NCBI GenBank assembly: GCA_036172345.1
Contig: JASFBB010000180.1
Span: 13,946 to 77,945, forward strand
Origin: Anaerolineae bacterium
GTDB lineage: Bacteria > Chloroflexota > Anaerolineae > 4572-78 > NAK82
DNA length: 64,000 nt
Direction: 5' to 3'
This document shows positions 61,554-64,000 of this stretch, one piece after another. The stretch's first letter is position 1, and the number at the start of each line of letters is the position of its first letter. A model generated the notes under the pieces. The model saw only the letters and a list, made by a program, of their open reading frames with translations. It was not told the DNA's origin and did not search any database. The position numbers and the translations under genes were made by a program.

Positions 61554-63473
61554 ATGTCTCTCCTTCAGACATTCGAAGTCAGCAAACATTTCGGCGCCCA
61601 AGATGTGCTGGTGGGCATCAGTGTGCAGATCGCCCGTGGCGAGCGCATCGGTCTGGTGGGCGCCAATGGCAGCGGCAAGAGCACCTTGTTGCACATTTTG
61701 GCCGGCTTAGAGGAACCTTCTAGCGGGCGTGTGCAGCGCACCCGTGGATTGCGTATCGGCTACCTGCCGCAGGAGGTGACGCTCGAAGCAGGAGATACAT
61801 CCCTGTGGGAGCACGTGATGACCGCCTTCGCTCCATTGCACCGGCAGGCGGAGGCGTTGCAGCGCCTGGGAGAAGCGCTTGCGACGGCGCACGATGAGGC
61901 CACACGCACGCAACTATTGGCACGTTATGGCGATGCACAAGCGGCTTTTGAGGCGGCAGGAGGCTACGCGTGGGAGCAGCGCATGCGCCACGTGCTCATA
62001 GGTTTGGGATTCGATGCGCAGGACTATATGCGCCCACTTGCTCAGCTAAGCGGTGGCGAACAGACACGCGCTCACCTCGCTCGGCTGTTGTTGGAAGAGC
62101 CCGAGCTGTTGTTGCTGGACGAGCCCACCAACCACCTCGACCTGAATGCCATCGAATGGTTGGAAGAGCACCTCTTGAATTGGCGCGGCGCATTGGTGGT
62201 GGTAGCCCACGATCGCTACTTCCTGGATCGTCTCGCGACACGCATTTGGGAGCTGGAGGATGGCCGCGTGCACAGCTATCGTGGCAACTATAGCGCCTAT
62301 GTGACTCAACGCGCCGAACGTCGTCTCAGACAACAGCGCCTCTTTGTGCAACAGCAAGAATATATCGCGCGTCAGGAGGATTTTATCCGACGCACGTTTG
62401 CCAATCAGCGCGCGCGTTCCGCGCAAGATCGCCGCAAGCGCCTGGAACGTCTGGAGCGTGTCGAGCAGGTGCGCGATGAACAACGCATCCGGCTGCGCCT
62501 CACCAGCGATCTGCGCTCCGGCGACCTGGTGTTGGCTACCCACGATCTGGTGGTGGGCTATCATGCCGATGAGCCCCTGTTTGCCTGCCCCGATTTGATG
62601 GTCTATCGCGGCGATCGCGTCGCCTTGTTAGGGCCCAACGGTGCCGGCAAGACCACTTTCCTCAGAACGATCTTGCAAGAGATCAAGCCCCTGCGCGGGC
62701 AGGTGCGCCTAGGTGCTTCTGTGAAAATCGGCTACTTAGCCCAGGCGCATGCGGGATTGGATATGCGCCGCAGTGTCCTGGACGAAATACTGGCGACCAA
62801 GGACATGACGCTACAAGAAGCGCGCACGTTTCTGGGACGTTTTCTTTTCAGCGGTGACGATGTCTTCAAAATCATCGGGGTACTCAGCGGCGGCGAGCGC
62901 GCCCGTGTGGCACTCGCTCGACTGGTGCTCCAAGGCGCCAACTTCCTGGTATTGGACGAGCCGACCGGCCACCTGGATATCCCCTCACAAGAGCTGCTTC
63001 AGTCTGTGTTGGCTGACTTTCCCGGCACCATCCTGTTGGTTTCGCATGATCGTTTCTTCGTGGACGCACTGGCGAGGTGGATCTGGGCGCTGGAAGACGG
63101 ACAGTTGAAAGTCATTCCTGGCAACTATACCGCCTACCTTGCCGCGCGCCAGCAGGATCAGGTATCCCAGGCAGTGGAAGAGACCAGCGAACGCAGGCAC
63201 GCACTGCAAAGCAGCGGGCGGAGTACGCGACGCGCCGAGTCCATGCAGGAGACGCGCCGGCTGAGCACCTATCAGCGACAGCGCGCCCTGCAGGAAGTGC
63301 AGGAAGCCATCCGCACGACCGAAGAACGCTTGGCATCCCTGGCCAGAGCATTGGAGGAGGCAAGCCGTGCTCAAGCTGTCGAACGCATCGCAGCATTGGG
63401 GCGCGATTATCAGGCCGTCGAGGAAGAGCTGGCGCGCTTGTTCGAGCGCTGGGCGGAATTGGAGGCACTATGA
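61554..63473 (+). CDS. ABC-F family ATPase (translation-factor type, Uup/YheS-like)
   Basis: 639 aa. Two ABC cassettes (GANGSGKST/LSGGE/LLLDEPTNHLD and GPNGAGKTT/LSGGE/LVLDEPTGHLD), an inter-domain linker and a C-terminal coiled coil. No TM domain. Confidence 0.9.
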   Translation: MSLLQTFEVSKHFGAQDVLVGISVQIARGERIGLVGANGSGKSTLLHILAGLEEPSSGRVQRTRGLRIGYLPQEVTLEAGDTSLWEHVMTAFAPLHRQAEALQRLGEALATAHDEATRTQLLARYGDAQAAFEAAGGYAWEQRMRHVLIGLGFDAQDYMRPLAQLSGGEQTRAHLARLLLEEPELLLLDEPTNHLDLNAIEWLEEHLLNWRGALVVVAHDRYFLDRLATRIWELEDGRVHSYRGNYSAYVTQRAERRLRQQRLFVQQQEYIARQEDFIRRTFANQRARSAQDRRKRLERLERVEQVRDEQRIRLRLTSDLRSGDLVLATHDLVVGYHADEPLFACPDLMVYRGDRVALLGPNGAGKTTFLRTILQEIKPLRGQVRLGASVKIGYLAQAHAGLDMRRSVLDEILATKDMTLQEARTFLGRFLFSGDDVFKIIGVLSGGERARVALARLVLQGANFLVLDEPTGHLDIPSQELLQSVLADFPGTILLVSHDRFFVDALARWIWALEDGQLKVIPGNYTAYLAARQQDQVSQAVEETSERRHALQSSGRSTRRAESMQETRRLSTYQRQRALQEVQEAIRTTEERLASLARALEEASRAQAVERIAALGRDYQAVEEELARLFERWAELEAL

Positions 63474-63961
63474 GCACAAAGTCGCGTAAGTATGTCATCG
63501 GGTTGACCGGCGGGATTGCCGTTGGCAAGACCCTGGTGCTGCGCATGCTAAAAGAGCTGGGTGCTTATACAATAGATGCCGACGATCTGGCGCATATTTT
63601 GATGCGCCGCAGTGGCCCCTTGTATCAACCTATCATCACCGAGTTCGGTCGTTATCTGCTGGATGAAAATGGCGAGATCGATCGTGGCAAACTGGGTGAG
63701 CTGGTGTTTGCATCGTCGCGCGCCCTGGCACACCTGGAGGAGATCACCCACCCGATCATCATCGCGGTGACCCGCCAGCTCATCGCCCAGGCCAAGGCAG
63801 ATGTGGTAGCTATCGAAGCAATCAAGCTAGTGGAATCGGGCCTGGCGAAGGAATGCGATGCGGTGTGGGTGGTTACCGCTCCACTGGATGTCCAGTTGCA
63901 TCGTCTGATGACCAAACGGCGTCTGAGCAGCTCCCAAGCGCTCCTGCGTCTCGAGGCACAG
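63470..63961 (+). CDS. coaE: Dephospho-CoA kinase (3' end replaced by a fold-back repeat at the window edge)
   Basis: ATGA overlap with the ABC-F stop. VIGLTGGIAVGKT P-loop, DADDLAH, ITHPII, VVAIEAIKLVESG. The reading frame stays open to 64000, but recognisable CoaE sequence ends at about 63961, where the inverted copy begins. Confidence 0.8.
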
Positions 63962-64000
63962 CCACCCAGTTTGCCACGATCGATCTCGCCATTTTCATCC
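63661..64000. repeat. Perfect 39-bp inverted repeat: 63661-63699 versus 63962-64000 (runs to the window edge)
   Basis: The reverse complement of 63661-63699 (ggatgaaaatggcgagatcgatcgtggcaaactgggtga) is identical to 63962-64000. The match ends only because the window ends. Confidence 0.9.

Overview
Gene-dense, GC-rich (about 60% by eye) chromosomal segment with roughly 60 protein genes on both strands and two tandem tRNA-Pro genes. It has no rRNA, no CRISPR array and no intact mobile element. The content is mostly housekeeping and central metabolism: liv-type ABC transporter, PMM/PGM with a split GlmU, cdd, tgt-uppP, acpS, an LCP protein, moeA, glgC, tpiA, fhs, mevalonate kinase, rdgB, class A PBP, infA, an ABC-F protein and coaE. 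The repertoire (LCP, PBP1A, mevalonate kinase, PDO-type disulfide oxidoreductase, LysM) suggests a monoderm, possibly thermophilic, Chloroflexota-like bacterium. That placement is a guess and cannot be verified without a database search. The best candidate for an uncharacterised system is a PadR-headed, translationally coupled operon at about 45.8-50.1 kb. It encodes a ferredoxin, a DUF5320-like mini-protein, two NifX/NifB-like domain proteins, a Gly-rich zinc-ribbon mini-protein and two MinD-type ATPases with ferredoxin inserts. No nitrogenase genes are present, and the operon may extend through a small coupling ORF into a propeller + GH-A-like membrane protein. Other notable loci:
- A sulfur-trafficking cluster under a PocR-domain regulator (SQR-like, DUF1641-like, TusE/DsrC-like, DsrE-like, CbiX-like).
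- A Memo-family protein with an N-terminal PqqD/RRE-like domain.
- A xanthine-dehydrogenase-family operon carrying a DUF429-like insert and a coupled membrane protein.
- A ChlI + VWA-only ChlD-half pair with no large chelatase subunit nearby.
- A decayed type III restriction-modification scar.
- A 68-bp hairpin-bearing tandem repeat.
- A promoter-to-terminator candidate sRNA.
- A perfect 39-bp fold-back at the right window edge that truncates coaE.
All calls come from reading the ORF-track translations and the DNA by eye. No searches were run.
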